In this document: in pieces, positions 41,679 to 53,271 of the stretch
Position numbering within the stretch: the first letter of the stretch is position 1
Layout of the letters: each line of letters opens with the position of its first letter
Made by a program: the position numbers and the translations under genes
Origin: Podarcis filfolensis
Lineage: Eukaryota
DNA length: 64,000 nucleotides
Reading direction: 5' to 3' (one strand)
Assembly: GCA_964270895.1 (NCBI GenBank)
Contig: OZ185436.1
Notes under the pieces: model-generated
What the model saw: only the letters and a program-made list of their open reading frames with translations
The model's database searches: none
Told to the model about the DNA's origin: nothing

Positions 41679-43326
41679 ATGAACAGTATTGTCAAAGCAT
41701 CCATCTAGAAATACCTACTAACAGGAACTTGATGTGTCTTACTGAAACATACTGGGGCTGAGCTTCTAGGGTTCCTGCTCAGAGGAGCTTACAATTTAAA
41801 AGAGAGAGGTGTTGGATCGGAGGCAGGGAGAATAGAACAACAAAATGCAGGGCACCCCTAAATCTGCATTACCTCTTTAATCAAAGATTACTCCACATCC
41901 CCCCCTGAAGGAACACACAGTCTATACGATTTACAGACTTCTGGCAAGACATGTGCTCCTGCAGGGGGGGAAACCCCCACTACATGGACATAAAGAAAGA
42001 GGACACTTGATCCCCAACTCCATCTCCACCTGTTGCCGTGAATGTCACTCTCATAAGAAGCAAGGATAAATTAAAAATTATTTCGCGGAATATTTTCTTT
42101 CACCCCCCATTGCCCAACACAATTCCTACATGAAACGAAACCCAGTAAGAATTTGCTACTAACCAAATGGAAGGAGGATTTAACCTCCTCTCAAGGCTTT
42201 GCAGGCTACATGAATGTGACAGCAGCTATGGGAGGCTACTAGCTGTGATTGCTTTCCAGGGCCAGAGGCGGCATGCCTATGAACACCACTTGCAGGGGGA
42301 AATCGGCAAAAGAAGGCAACCCCACTCATATCCTGCTCAGGCACGGACCCTACCATTGGCCAGCTGTGTTTGGGTGCCATGGTGGGGCATCAAATTATTA
42401 AGTTATTTAGTTTAATATTTATTGTACTTTTACTGTTGGAGAAGAGGAAAATTGTTGCGGAGCTTTCTACCTTAAGTGCCAGAATCACTTGGCTATGCTT
42501 TAGAACTTTAACTGGTTCAAGCAGCAAAGTATTTAGGGCTGGCCCTTGCAGCTTCTGGTTGGCCAGTGGCCTGGCCTATGCTGGACCAGAGAGGCCTTTG
42601 GTTGGATCTAGCAGGTCTCTGGCTATTTCTCCTTGCAATACTTAATGCCTTTCAATCGCTAAACTGTATTATTCACACTGGTAAGGAACAATATTTTTCT
42701 ACCCAGGATGGTTTGCACAGACTTGCCATGTGACAAGGAGTAAAGTTATCCAAACAAAATCCGTATGCACACAGCTGTGGGGTTTGCAGGATTCCTCAAC
42801 CTACTAAAAAGCCGGGGGAGGGAGATTGGGAAAGGCAGTGATCATTCTGATCTATCCACGTGTGTTCCCGATGCAAAAGTTAACTCACACCAGGGGATAC
42901 AGGTAAGTTTCACATTTATGAATGCCCAAATCCAGCTTCACAGAGGAATTGAAGCAATGAAGGAGAGAAGGAAAGGCACTTCTTCAAAGAGGACGAGTTA
43001 CTTGTTAAAGTGACATGCTACAAGATAATTTACCCCCCTCCCCCTTTCTCAGAGTACAGCAACAGAAGTATAACAACTTATCCTGTAGGTATGAAACGAA
43101 ACCCCTAAGTGTTTGGGGAGAACTCCACGTGACTTTGGTGAAAATGAACTCTCAGCTCCTCTGAGGAAAGTCTTGTGTCACGGCTCGCTACCCTCCGAAC
43201 CGCATACATTGCTACCTAACGCGGTTTGCAATGTGTTCTTGTGAACGCAAGACTTGAGAGATCCCATGCGCCAGCCTTTCCTTCTTCGTTTCGTGAAGTT
43301 GCCGGTTCATTTACCTTTTTACCTTA

Positions 43327-43653
<327 letters not shown>

Positions 43654-44000
43654 CTAGTCCGCGAGAGGCGAGCGGCAGCAGGCACCGGCTGGTTGGGCAG
43701 TAGCTCTCGAACTCAGAGCCGCTCTGGAGAGCAGCGCGCAAGAACAACTCCTGCCCGGCAGACGCACCGTTGCCTCGACTGGGAAAGCGAAAGGATCGGC
43801 TCAGCCTGCTCGGCTGCCTCTCTCTGCGCTTCCGCGGCCACGCGTGGCGCGCCCCCTCGCAGGAGAGCGCAGGAGCCGGCGCTCCGCAGCGACCACCCCG
43901 GGGCCGCTCCGGCCCGGCCGGGGAAGAGAGCGCTCAAGGCGAGCGCGTGGAGTGGCCTCGCAGCGCCGCTTCACCTGCTCGGGCTTGGGCGCGCATCTCT

Positions 44001-44130
44001 GCCCCCGCCCCGTCCTGGCCACACCGGGAGCCCTCCGCGTCCCGCTCGCCCCGCCTCCTCCTCTAGGAGCCGCCACTTGCGTGTCTTTCCTGGCCCCGCC
44101 CCAGAGCCGTGGGTCGTGTGAGCCCGCCCC
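44001..44130 (-). promoter_or_regulatory. Cluster of Sp/KLF GC boxes upstream of STK10
   Basis: CCCCGCCC-type motifs at about 44003, 44049, 44094 and 44122; no TATA box noticed. Binding is inferred. Confidence 0.65.
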
Positions 44131-44202
44131 CTGCTCGGCCAAGCCCCCCTCCGCCGCTTCCACAGCGTCCCTCCTTAGCAAACACCCCTCGCAAGGGGCC
44201 AA

Positions 44203-44224
44203 GGGAATTGTAGTTTCCGTTTCC
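44203..44224. promoter_or_regulatory. Overlapping ZNF143/THAP11-type motif (ACTACAATTCCC, minus, 44203-44214) and ISRE consensus (AGTTTCCGTTTCC, plus, 44212-44224)
   Basis: Sequence GGGAATTGTAGTTTCCGTTTCC read directly; matches the established ACTACANNTCCC and AGTTTCNNTTTCC consensuses. Confidence 0.55.
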
Positions 44225-44876
44225 GATTCCTTTGCCCCTGCTGGGGATCGGGAAGAAGAGGGGTCTCTCCAGGAAGGGAAGCCACCCGGCGAGCAAGCGA
44301 GCGGTCCCGGCTGGCGCTCAAGTGGCTTCGTGGCTAAGACGTGCAACGGAGCTCCAGTCCGCCCCGCGAGGAGGCTTAAGCCGAAAGCGGGATGTTATCT
44401 CGTGCGCCGCCGGCGCACTTTCTAACTCTGGGAAACCCGGGAGGATTAAAGATTAAATCACTTCTTGGGAAATGGTCGGAAGGGAGCTCAGAATGTGCGC
44501 GTCGGGGAAAGTGTCCTAAAGGAACTATGAGAAGCGATCTAGCAGCCCCGCTTACCTGGGAGGCAGCGCCACTGAATGGAACAGGAGTTCCCTTTGAGCA
44601 GACTTGGCTCAGATGGTGGAGCTGTAAATGTCATTCTTGAGCAGAGTCTCTTATTCAGATAACGATTTGTAAATTGTAGCTCTGCATTGATTAGCAACAC
44701 TAGCTTTAGGGTTGCAAAAACACACAGACACCCCCCCCCACTGCGTTCCTGAAGAGTGGTAGAAGCGGTATTTGAATGGGTGCCTTTGTCAACAACCAAT
44801 ATTTGTGTGGAATTAATAATATTACCACCAGTACCCATGGTTTGGTGGCAGTGGCTTAGTCACCTAATTCAGAATA

Positions 44877-45008
44877 CAGTGGTACCTAGGGTTACAGACA
44901 CTTCAGGTTAGACACCACTAACCCAGAAATAGTACCTCAGGTTAAGAACAGTTTCAGGTTAAGAACGGACCTCCGGAACAAATTAAGTTCTTAACCCGAG
45001 GTACACTG
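44877..45008 (-). mobile_element. Tc1/mariner-type MITE, copy E (internally deleted, 132 bp)
   Basis: Both TIRs and TA flanks present; the centre between two CAGGTTAAGAAC repeats is missing. Confidence 0.88.
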
Positions 45009-45010
45009 TA

Positions 45011-45230
45011 CAGTGGGTGCTCGGGTTGTGAATGTGATCTGTGAGGGATGCACATTTGCAACCCGCAGTGTTTGCAACCCGCAGTTGCGCGCCTGCGCGG
45101 GTTGCTGTTCGGCGCTTCTGCACGTGCGACCGCCAAAACCCAGAAGTAACCCGTTCTGGTACTTCTGGTTTCGACGGTCCGTAACCCAAAAAAACGCAAC
45201 CTGAAGTGTCTGTAATCCGAGGTATGACTG
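45011..45230. mobile_element. Related Tc1/mariner-type MITE of a second family, abutting copy E
   Basis: TA-CAGTGGGTGCTCGGGTTG...TAATCCGAGGTATGACTG-TA; CpG-rich interior with AACCCG repeats. Confidence 0.8.
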
Positions 45231-46510
45231 TAATCGAAGCTGCTCCACCCATGAGGCTGGGTGAAGCGCTTGCCTCAGCCAGCGGAAGTGCAAGAGGTGG
45301 CACTATGTTCACTCCACTGTTCTGTCACCACCAGAACGCCACCCTCTTGCTGGCCACACGGAGGTGTTATGGTGCAAACCATCTTACCCCAAGGCAGAGG
45401 AGCCAAGCGACAACACTTTGTGGAACCCCCTGGCTTTTGCCGAACCTGGTGGGAGCTGGGGTGTGGAAGTGGTGGTGGCGTGGCATGACGGGAGCAGTGG
45501 GGAGACAGCAGGAGGGGGCAATTCCCTTTTTGCCTCAAGTGGCAGAACAGGCCAGGGCGGGCCACCTCTGATTGAAATATAAAATTATTCAGAATAGCAT
45601 GTCTTTAGTGGGCTTCATACAACATAACACACACACACCTATTATAAGTCATGCCAAATTTACCTCGCAAAAATGTCAAGGAGTAAGTCAGACAGGGTTA
45701 CAGCAAGCAAATATGAGACAATTACAGCTGTAATCAATGGCTGCTTGCTGAACCTGTCTTCTGAGGGCCTTGCTCTCTCCTTTGGCTTCTTCTAAGCTCA
45801 CTTCTGTAGTTTCTGAGGCCTTTCCAGCTTCAGGATTGCCTGATTTACTCTGATGACCTTTGATACTCTGGCACGTAGCTTGCAACTCCACTATGACCTC
45901 ACAGAGGCTTAGAGTATCACATCCCTTTGGCTGCCATTGGCTTAGTACCTCTCATCTCACAATGGGGTTTTGCAAAGGTACTATCCGGCAGCTGGACTGA
46001 TAGGATAATGTTAGAGAAACCTGTTTTGAGATCCATGAACCAGTCTTACTAAATGAAACATATACTTCGACTTAATTGGACCTTGAACAAATATTCTACT
46101 AGATTGGTACAGTAGTCTTGGCAGAAACAGACCACTTCTGCCGCTCATACACACTAACAAATGTAAATGAATAGGGACATCTAGAGGAACTGCTTGGAAT
46201 TACAGAATTTGGAAATGACAGGACTTGCTATGTGGTAAATCTTCACTAGCTTTGCCAGTTGCCATTTTGGCTGTGCATCTTGTGACCCACCAGACTGAAT
46301 CATCTCCAGCTGGGGTGGGAAAAGCTCCTGGTCTGAAACCCCAGAGTTCTGCTTTTCCACCCAGGGGCCACATTCCCTCCTGACCACCCTTCTAGGGGCC
46401 AGTTTCTACACGTGCTCATACATCCTCCTCTATTCTCCATCCACGTAAGCAAGAGGCATTGTTAAAGGACACATTCATGTCTGGCAAAAAACACACCTAA
46501 TGATGTGTGA

Positions 46511-47270
46511 AGCCTAGCAAAAATGTATCATCCTCATGATAATAAATGCTGGAAATGTAAGGGAAAAGAAGGAACCTTTTACCACATGTGGTGGATGTGC
46601 CCCAAGGTAAAAGACTTCTGGGAAAGGATTTATAATGAACTGAAAAAAGTGTTGAAAAACACATTAAGAAACCAGAAGCCTTTTTACTTGGTATAGTGGG
46701 GGGGGGGTGAAATCCCCCAAAAGGATGTTACTTTTTTCTGTATGCCACAACAGCTGCAAGAATATTACTAGCAAAGAATTGGAAGAAACAAGATTTACCA
46801 ACTATCAAAGAATGGCAGATGAAGATGATGGACTATATGGAACTTGCCAAACTGACTGGGAGACTCCTGGACCAGAAAGAAGAGACGGTGGAAGAAGATT
46901 GGAAGAAGTTTAAAGAATATTTGAAAAAAATATGTTAACATTTAAATCTTAGAATAGCTTTGGAAGTGGATATAGGCTGTAGGGTTAGAAGTAGAAGATA
47001 GTGTATTTTAAAACAGTATTATTTGTAAGGGATAATATGCAAAGGTTTTAATGGTAAAAGTAAGTGTGATAAAAAAATGGTTAAAAATTATGGTATATGT
47101 AAACTGCTAAAGATGAGGTAAAATGAAAATCAGATTGGGGGGGGGGGCTTGGGGAAGCTCACCTAACAATGTTTAGAAAAAATAAGGATAGGACAAGAAT
47201 TTGTTTGTATTGTTTGTTTTCTGTTTGTGTTGTTTATTAGTGTTATAAAATGAATAAAACATTTTTTGGG
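46511..47270 (+). mobile_element. L1 (LINE-1) 3' fragment: decayed ORF2 C-terminus, 3' UTR and poly(A) signal
   Basis: Translates LAKMY...KCWKCKGKEGTFYHMWWMCPKVKDFW (Cys/His knuckle), then after a frameshift KPEAFLLG...ARILLAKNWK...EDWKKFKEYL, stop at 46936-46938; AATAAA at 47253-47258. Confidence 0.87.
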
Positions 47271-48755
47271 GGGGGGGAATGAGGTGTGAAGCCAGGCCAC
47301 TGAGGGCCATGGCCTGGGGAGAGTACCAACGACAAAAAAGAGAGGCCTAGATAGCAGCATTTGACCCCCAGGACTGAGGTTCCTCACTCCCGGTATTGAG
47401 TAGATGGTATGGTCTAAATGGACCAAAGGCCTGACTCTGTATAAGACAGATTTCTAAGCACTGTAGCATGTCAGATATTGAACCCTGTTTTTGCAACTCC
47501 AGGAAGAAAGCACAAATAATGATCTAAGCCCTGAGAGCCTGCCATAAGTGGCAGGTAGACTGTTCGGCTTGGTGGGTTATAAGTTGTTACTATTCTTTAT
47601 GTTTTACATTGATGTTGTGGGTTTTTGTATGCTTTTAGCTGTAAATCGTGTTTCCTTTTTGGGGGATGAAAAGCAAGATATACATTTTTTTTAAAAAATG
47701 CAAAAACAAGTAATTTGTGATGCCCTGAGTTACAGCTTCATGATGCCCAGTGTAGAAAGATTAACAATGACTGATACCAACAGGGGGCAACCCCACCTGC
47801 AATGAGAGCAGGCAGCTAATAATGTGAGAAAGCCACTTTCAAATCTCTGTTAAGCTTCAAACCTCCCTGGGTGGCCTTGAGCAACTCACTCTCTCTCAAT
47901 TCCTCTGACCTATCTGGGCCATTGTGGGCTAACACACCACTCTAGAGGGCCCTGGGCGAAGGATGATGTTACCCGGAAACGTAAGATGTTCTCATGACAT
48001 TTCCTTAGACAAGAAGACCCTTCCAAGTCTACAATACTAAAGGGCAGTCCATGCAAAGTTTACATCAGGATTGTGGAAAAGACTCAGAGGTGGTCAGGTG
48101 AAAAAAATAAGATGAGGCTCCTGCACCTTTAAGAGCTGTGTAGAGGAGGAATTGATGCAGGTGCTGCTTGCTTTGCTAGTTACACATGCTGAAATTGGCC
48201 CTTCTACCTGATTATTAAAGGTGCAGGAGCCCAGTCTGCTTTTTTCAACTGAGCATCCTACTGGGCACACAAGCTATGGAGCCCAAACCTGTGCAGTAAA
48301 CTTTCTGCCCCTATCCCTTTTCTGTTTTTACCTTCACCTTGAAGATTGCAATTTGAGGGAAGGTAAAATGCGCAGATCAATGCTTAATCCACAGAGCAGG
48401 AGCATGTTCAGCCATTGGACTCCAAATCATCCTACCACCACCAATGGTCAGCGATTATGGGAGTTGTAGTCTGGGGACTCCCCCGTTTCCCCCTCCCAGC
48501 CTTAATTCAACTGATTTCAATGTGACACCTCCCCCCCATTTTCTGTGGACTGTTCCAAAAGTATTAATACATGATCATTTCCAGTTTTGGTCATGTATTG
48601 CCCCTGGGTCCCTTATGGCAGAGAGCACCCATTTTGAACACAGTAGAAGTGGGGGGAGGGTTGCTCTTTACACCCTCCTGTTCTGGTTCCAAGGTGGAAT
48701 TCTTTGACTGTGATGCAGGCGTCACCGTGAATACCTGCCAGCGTTCCGCAGGTGA

Positions 48756-48968
<213 letters not shown>

Positions 48969-50399
48969 TAATCATTTCACTTTGCCTTCAAGCAGCTGCT
49001 GCCCCTCAGATCAGCTAGAAAGAGGGACTTCACACGCTAATTGATCGGAAGAGGGAGGTGGGGATCAGAGCAGAGCGCATGAACTCTGAAGGATGTCTTC
49101 AGAAATGAAGCCTGTGGTCTTTCATTCTTAAGGGGTTTGGCCACAAGCCAGATTATAAAAAGAACCACCCCAGACTGGACCAAATATCTGGGAGGGTACA
49201 CTATTAGCACTGCTGGGCGGGCAAGGTACCCTTGGGAAGTTTACACACAAAATGTGGAGGCATAAACTTTCCCTTCGTTGTCCCTAGTATCTGGAATTCA
49301 GAGGGCAAAACTAGGTTTAACAGCAGTGGCCCAACATGCAGAATTGGGTCTGACAATAAATTCCTATAACGACAGGGTGTGGTTTGGAGATTTAAGTGTA
49401 GGGCGGGTGGCAGTGGAGAACAGAACTCTTTCCTTTGCCTTCCACCTGCTGAAAATATACAGGTTTTCTTTTTTTAAAAAAACCTATAGTTTTTTTTAAA
49501 ATCGGAAGAAACCCACACTGGGGAAAAAATGGCTTATTAAAAAGCTATTTTGAGCGACAAAGCATGGCTGCAGGAGGGTTCAGCCTCCTGCTGGCATACT
49601 GTGATTTGAAGTGTCATTGTTGCATCTAGCTGCTCCTCAGTGTTGTAGCTCAGAATTCATCTGCTCATAATCCATTCCTGGGGCAAACGTAGGAGTGGGT
49701 GTTTTCTGAATATCGCCTCTCCTAACTTATGCTTTGAATATAAGCACAATATGATGAGTATGTGTTTTCAAGTAAAATCATCTTCAATTGATGGCTCCTT
49801 AATGAGCATCAGTACTAGTTCTGTGACCACTTTTAGACCTCAGATTGCACTGTCCATACACTTTGAGGATTACGTGAGGCAAATAAAATGGCACATCTCT
49901 AACTAATGCATGCCAAACATTTTGTGCCAATCAATCCAAAGGGGGAAGCTGATCTCCATGCTGTGTGAACATTTATTGCTAGGGGAGTGTGTTACCAAGA
50001 TGCTCAGTATAACTGGAACTTTGCACATGCCTCAAGACTGTGTGCATTTTGGCTTTGCTCTTGAGCAATGAGATATGGCCTAAACTGCCCCTGCTCCTCT
50101 GCCATATCTATTGCAAGCAGGTGCTCTCATTGAGTCTTAAAGTAATGGAGTCAACCTGCACCAAACACCTTCTCCTGTAGTCCGATTGCCTAAACTTACA
50201 TTTCCTGGGAAAGTGCTTACTCCTTTCTTGTAGATAAAGTTGAATATTAAGAGCATGCTCTGATTTACAAGGCAGTAAAAAGAGGTCTCCTGGTCGCTCT
50301 GTTGTGGGGAAACCACATTGTATTCTGAGATGAATATGTAATTAAGGATGTATTTAAGGACATATTTAAAACACACATTTTTATGTGGATTTCCCCCAG

Positions 50400-50548
50400 A
50401 TCTGCAGTTTTACAACTTTCTCCACTATGTAACTGACCTGAGCAAGGCTCAGATCATGCTGGTGTTTGACCTACTGGACTGGGATGGCAAAGGGGAGGTC
50501 AACTTTGATGAATTCTACATGTTGGTGTGCATCATAATGTCCCATGAG
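50400..50548 (+). CDS. EFCAB9: EFCAB9 coding exon 2, (D)LQFYNFLHYVTDLSKAQIMLVFDLLDWDGKGEVNFDEFYMLVCIIMSHE
   Basis: Acceptor ttcccccag|, donor GAG|gtaaag; 149 nt restores phase 0; contains EF-hand loop DWDGKGEVNFDE. Confidence 0.96.
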
Positions 50549-50988
50549 GTAAAGTTAACTTAGCAATTCCAGGGCTGGGGTAGGGGAGATGCTTCTGGCA
50601 GCAGAAAAGGTAGTAATGTTCAGTACAGTATATTTTGAATTCTATTTAGCTGAATAGGGGGCATTAAATGTAATATGGAGCCAGAGAGAATACATGCCCA
50701 CAGAGCACTAAGAAAAAACAAACAAACCTTAGTTCTGGTATCACTAATGTGGTATCCATTGGTGTCACTACACTCCCAGACACCTGCCATGGTGCTTGTC
50801 AATGCCCCCTGCAGCTCTCCCCCTTTTTAAAGTGCATTTGCTTGCCTTGGGGAGGAGTAGCTTGTTCCCACATTTTATTTATTCTTCTGTGAAATGGGTA
50901 TTTTGAAGTGTCTATGACGGTTTTAGATTTCCATATGTGCGACTGGGCCACAAAGGATTGTGAGCCCATGCCTTTGTTCATCCTAATG

Positions 50989-51125
50989 CAGTGTTGGCCA
51001 AACTTGGGTCTCCAGCTGTTTTGGGACTACAATTCCCATCATCCCTGACCACTGGTCCTGTTAGCTAGGGATGATGGGAGTTGTACTCCAAAAACAGCTG
51101 GAGGCCCAAGTTTGGCCAACCACTG
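50989..51125. mobile_element. Palindromic MITE (near-perfect 137-bp hairpin) in EFCAB9 intron 2
   Basis: Arms CAGTG-TTGGCCAAACTTGGG...GGACTACAATTCCCATCATCCCT and AGGGATGATGGGAGTTGTA...CCCAAGTTTGGCCAACCACTG. Confidence 0.88.
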
Positions 51126-51751
51126 ATCAGGCATGATCATGGTTGAGGAAGCTGGAAATTGTCAGGCCTGCACACTGCTCCCCTTCTCCTTCCCTCGCAT
51201 CCACCCACCCCACCCTGCCTAGCTTTAACACAAAGATGCTAGTCTGTGTTAAACAGAGGTCTCCATTACATTCAAAAAAGGGAACTCTGATATAATGGTG
51301 GCTTACTAAGCTGGATCAGATTGTGGTTTAAGATCCCAGTTAGTAAACCAATATTTAAATCAGATCTCTGCTTTGAAGCTGGCATCTGAGGGAGGATTAG
51401 GATCTCTGCACTGAAGCCAACACATGAGGAAGTGGGGGGGAGGGACAAACACCAATAGAAGACATCATAGTGCGCAGGATTCTCAATGCATTGCCAGTTC
51501 CAAAGTTCTTGGACAACCTCAATTTCATCTTTCATTAAACTGATCTGGGCAAATCTAGTGCTTCAGTTCCTACAGGAACCACTGTATTTTGGAGACTACA
51601 AATTCTGTTCTCGTCAGCGAGGTTTATCCTAGTTTCACCATTTGAGACAATGGTCCCATTGCTCTTAATAGCAACCTCAAAGAAAACAAAACACAAAGAC
51701 CAGAATGTGCAGATGAGGAATGTTAAAAAGTCATACCCCCCCCCACCATAA

Positions 51752-52057
<306 letters not shown>

Positions 52058-52905
52058 TGAGAGTGAGAGAACAAATGCCTGGGGATATGTGGGTTCAGGG
52101 GCAAAGCCAAGCGGGGCAGGGAGGGGCAGTAAAACTATAAAAATACTTAACTGACCAATCACATCAGTTCTCCCCCCCTAACTAAAGTCCTGCCCTCCCA
52201 AAAAACCCTGGCTATGCCCATGTGTGGGTTCCTCCCCTCCCCACCTATATTGCCCCATCTTAATAAGTCTTTGACTTTCATTAGGCTGAAGAAGCCTCAT
52301 CTAAGACTGCAACAACACGTACTACTGTTCTCTGTGATGTCATGTGATTGACAGGTGGGTGGCAGTCCTGCCCACCTGACAAACTTGGCATGATGGGATT
52401 TTTTTTTTTTTAATTAAAAACATCCAGTCGCCAGCCACATCCAGTCCCACACCCCCATTTTATAACCCCATTCAGAAGTCCATGGTAGGATTAGTTTATG
52501 TTCACAAGAATACCATGCACAATCCTGAGCTCCCTTGAGCCTACCCTTTTATCAACTTGGCACCTCCTCATGAAGCTGCTGGTTCCTCTGTGTGCAGGAA
52601 CCATACCACACACACGAAAGGCATGCTAGCCTTAGACTTGCTTACCCATTGAAGATTCAGAGTTAATTATAGCAGACGTTACAGAAACACATGTAAGAAT
52701 TCCACTTGTCCACCTGGTAATGCAGGCCATAATGCCTACAAAAAAATTCTTGACTAGAGAGATCTGAGGTTTACCTTCAAGACCACCTCAGAAGGGCAGA
52801 GGGAAGGGTGGAAAACGCCACGTTCCTCCCATAGAATACTTGCTTATGAACTAGCCATTAATATTTCACTAAACTGCAATATTACCTTTTCCTTTCCATC
52901 ACCAG

Positions 52906-53061
52906 CAACTGAACTACAAGGAGTTCAGGATGTTCACTATCTTCTGCATTGACCGACAACAGAGGAAGGCAAGGGAGAAACTGAGGAAGCAGATAGCTAA
53001 GGCTGAAGCTGCAGCAGCAGAAGCAGAATCATTATCTGAATTTTCTTTCAGTGACCTTTAA
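52906..53061 (+). CDS. EFCAB9: EFCAB9 coding exon 4, QLNYKEFRMFTIFCIDRQQRKAREKLRKQIAKAEAAAAEAESLSEFSFSDL-stop
   Basis: Read manually: pyrimidine tract and accag|CAA; completes the last EF-hand (LNYKEF); TAA at 53059-53061. Total CDS 618 nt, 205 aa. Confidence 0.93.
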   Translation, partial: QLNYKEFRMFTIFCIDRQQRKAREKLRKQIAKAEAAAAEAESLSEFSFSDL

Positions 53062-53215
53062 TTACATATGGAAGAAAAGAGTGTTGTTTCCCCGGCAGCC
53101 AGAAATTTAAAAAACGAAACAACCCGTCTCCACACCACATGAAGCAGAACACACGATAAACACTCATTAAAAACAATTTGCAGGCTGTTTACAAAGATCA
53201 GAAGAGAACAGTGAG

Positions 53216-53271
53216 AATAAAATGTGTGTTGGGCTATATAAACACAATAACTTTCTAAATAAATAAATAAA
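53216..53271 (+). terminator. EFCAB9: Candidate EFCAB9 polyadenylation signals
   Basis: AATAAA at 53216-53221, overlapping AATAAA copies at 53258-53271, and ATTAAA at 53166-53171, 105-210 nt after the stop; which is used is unknown. Confidence 0.6.
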
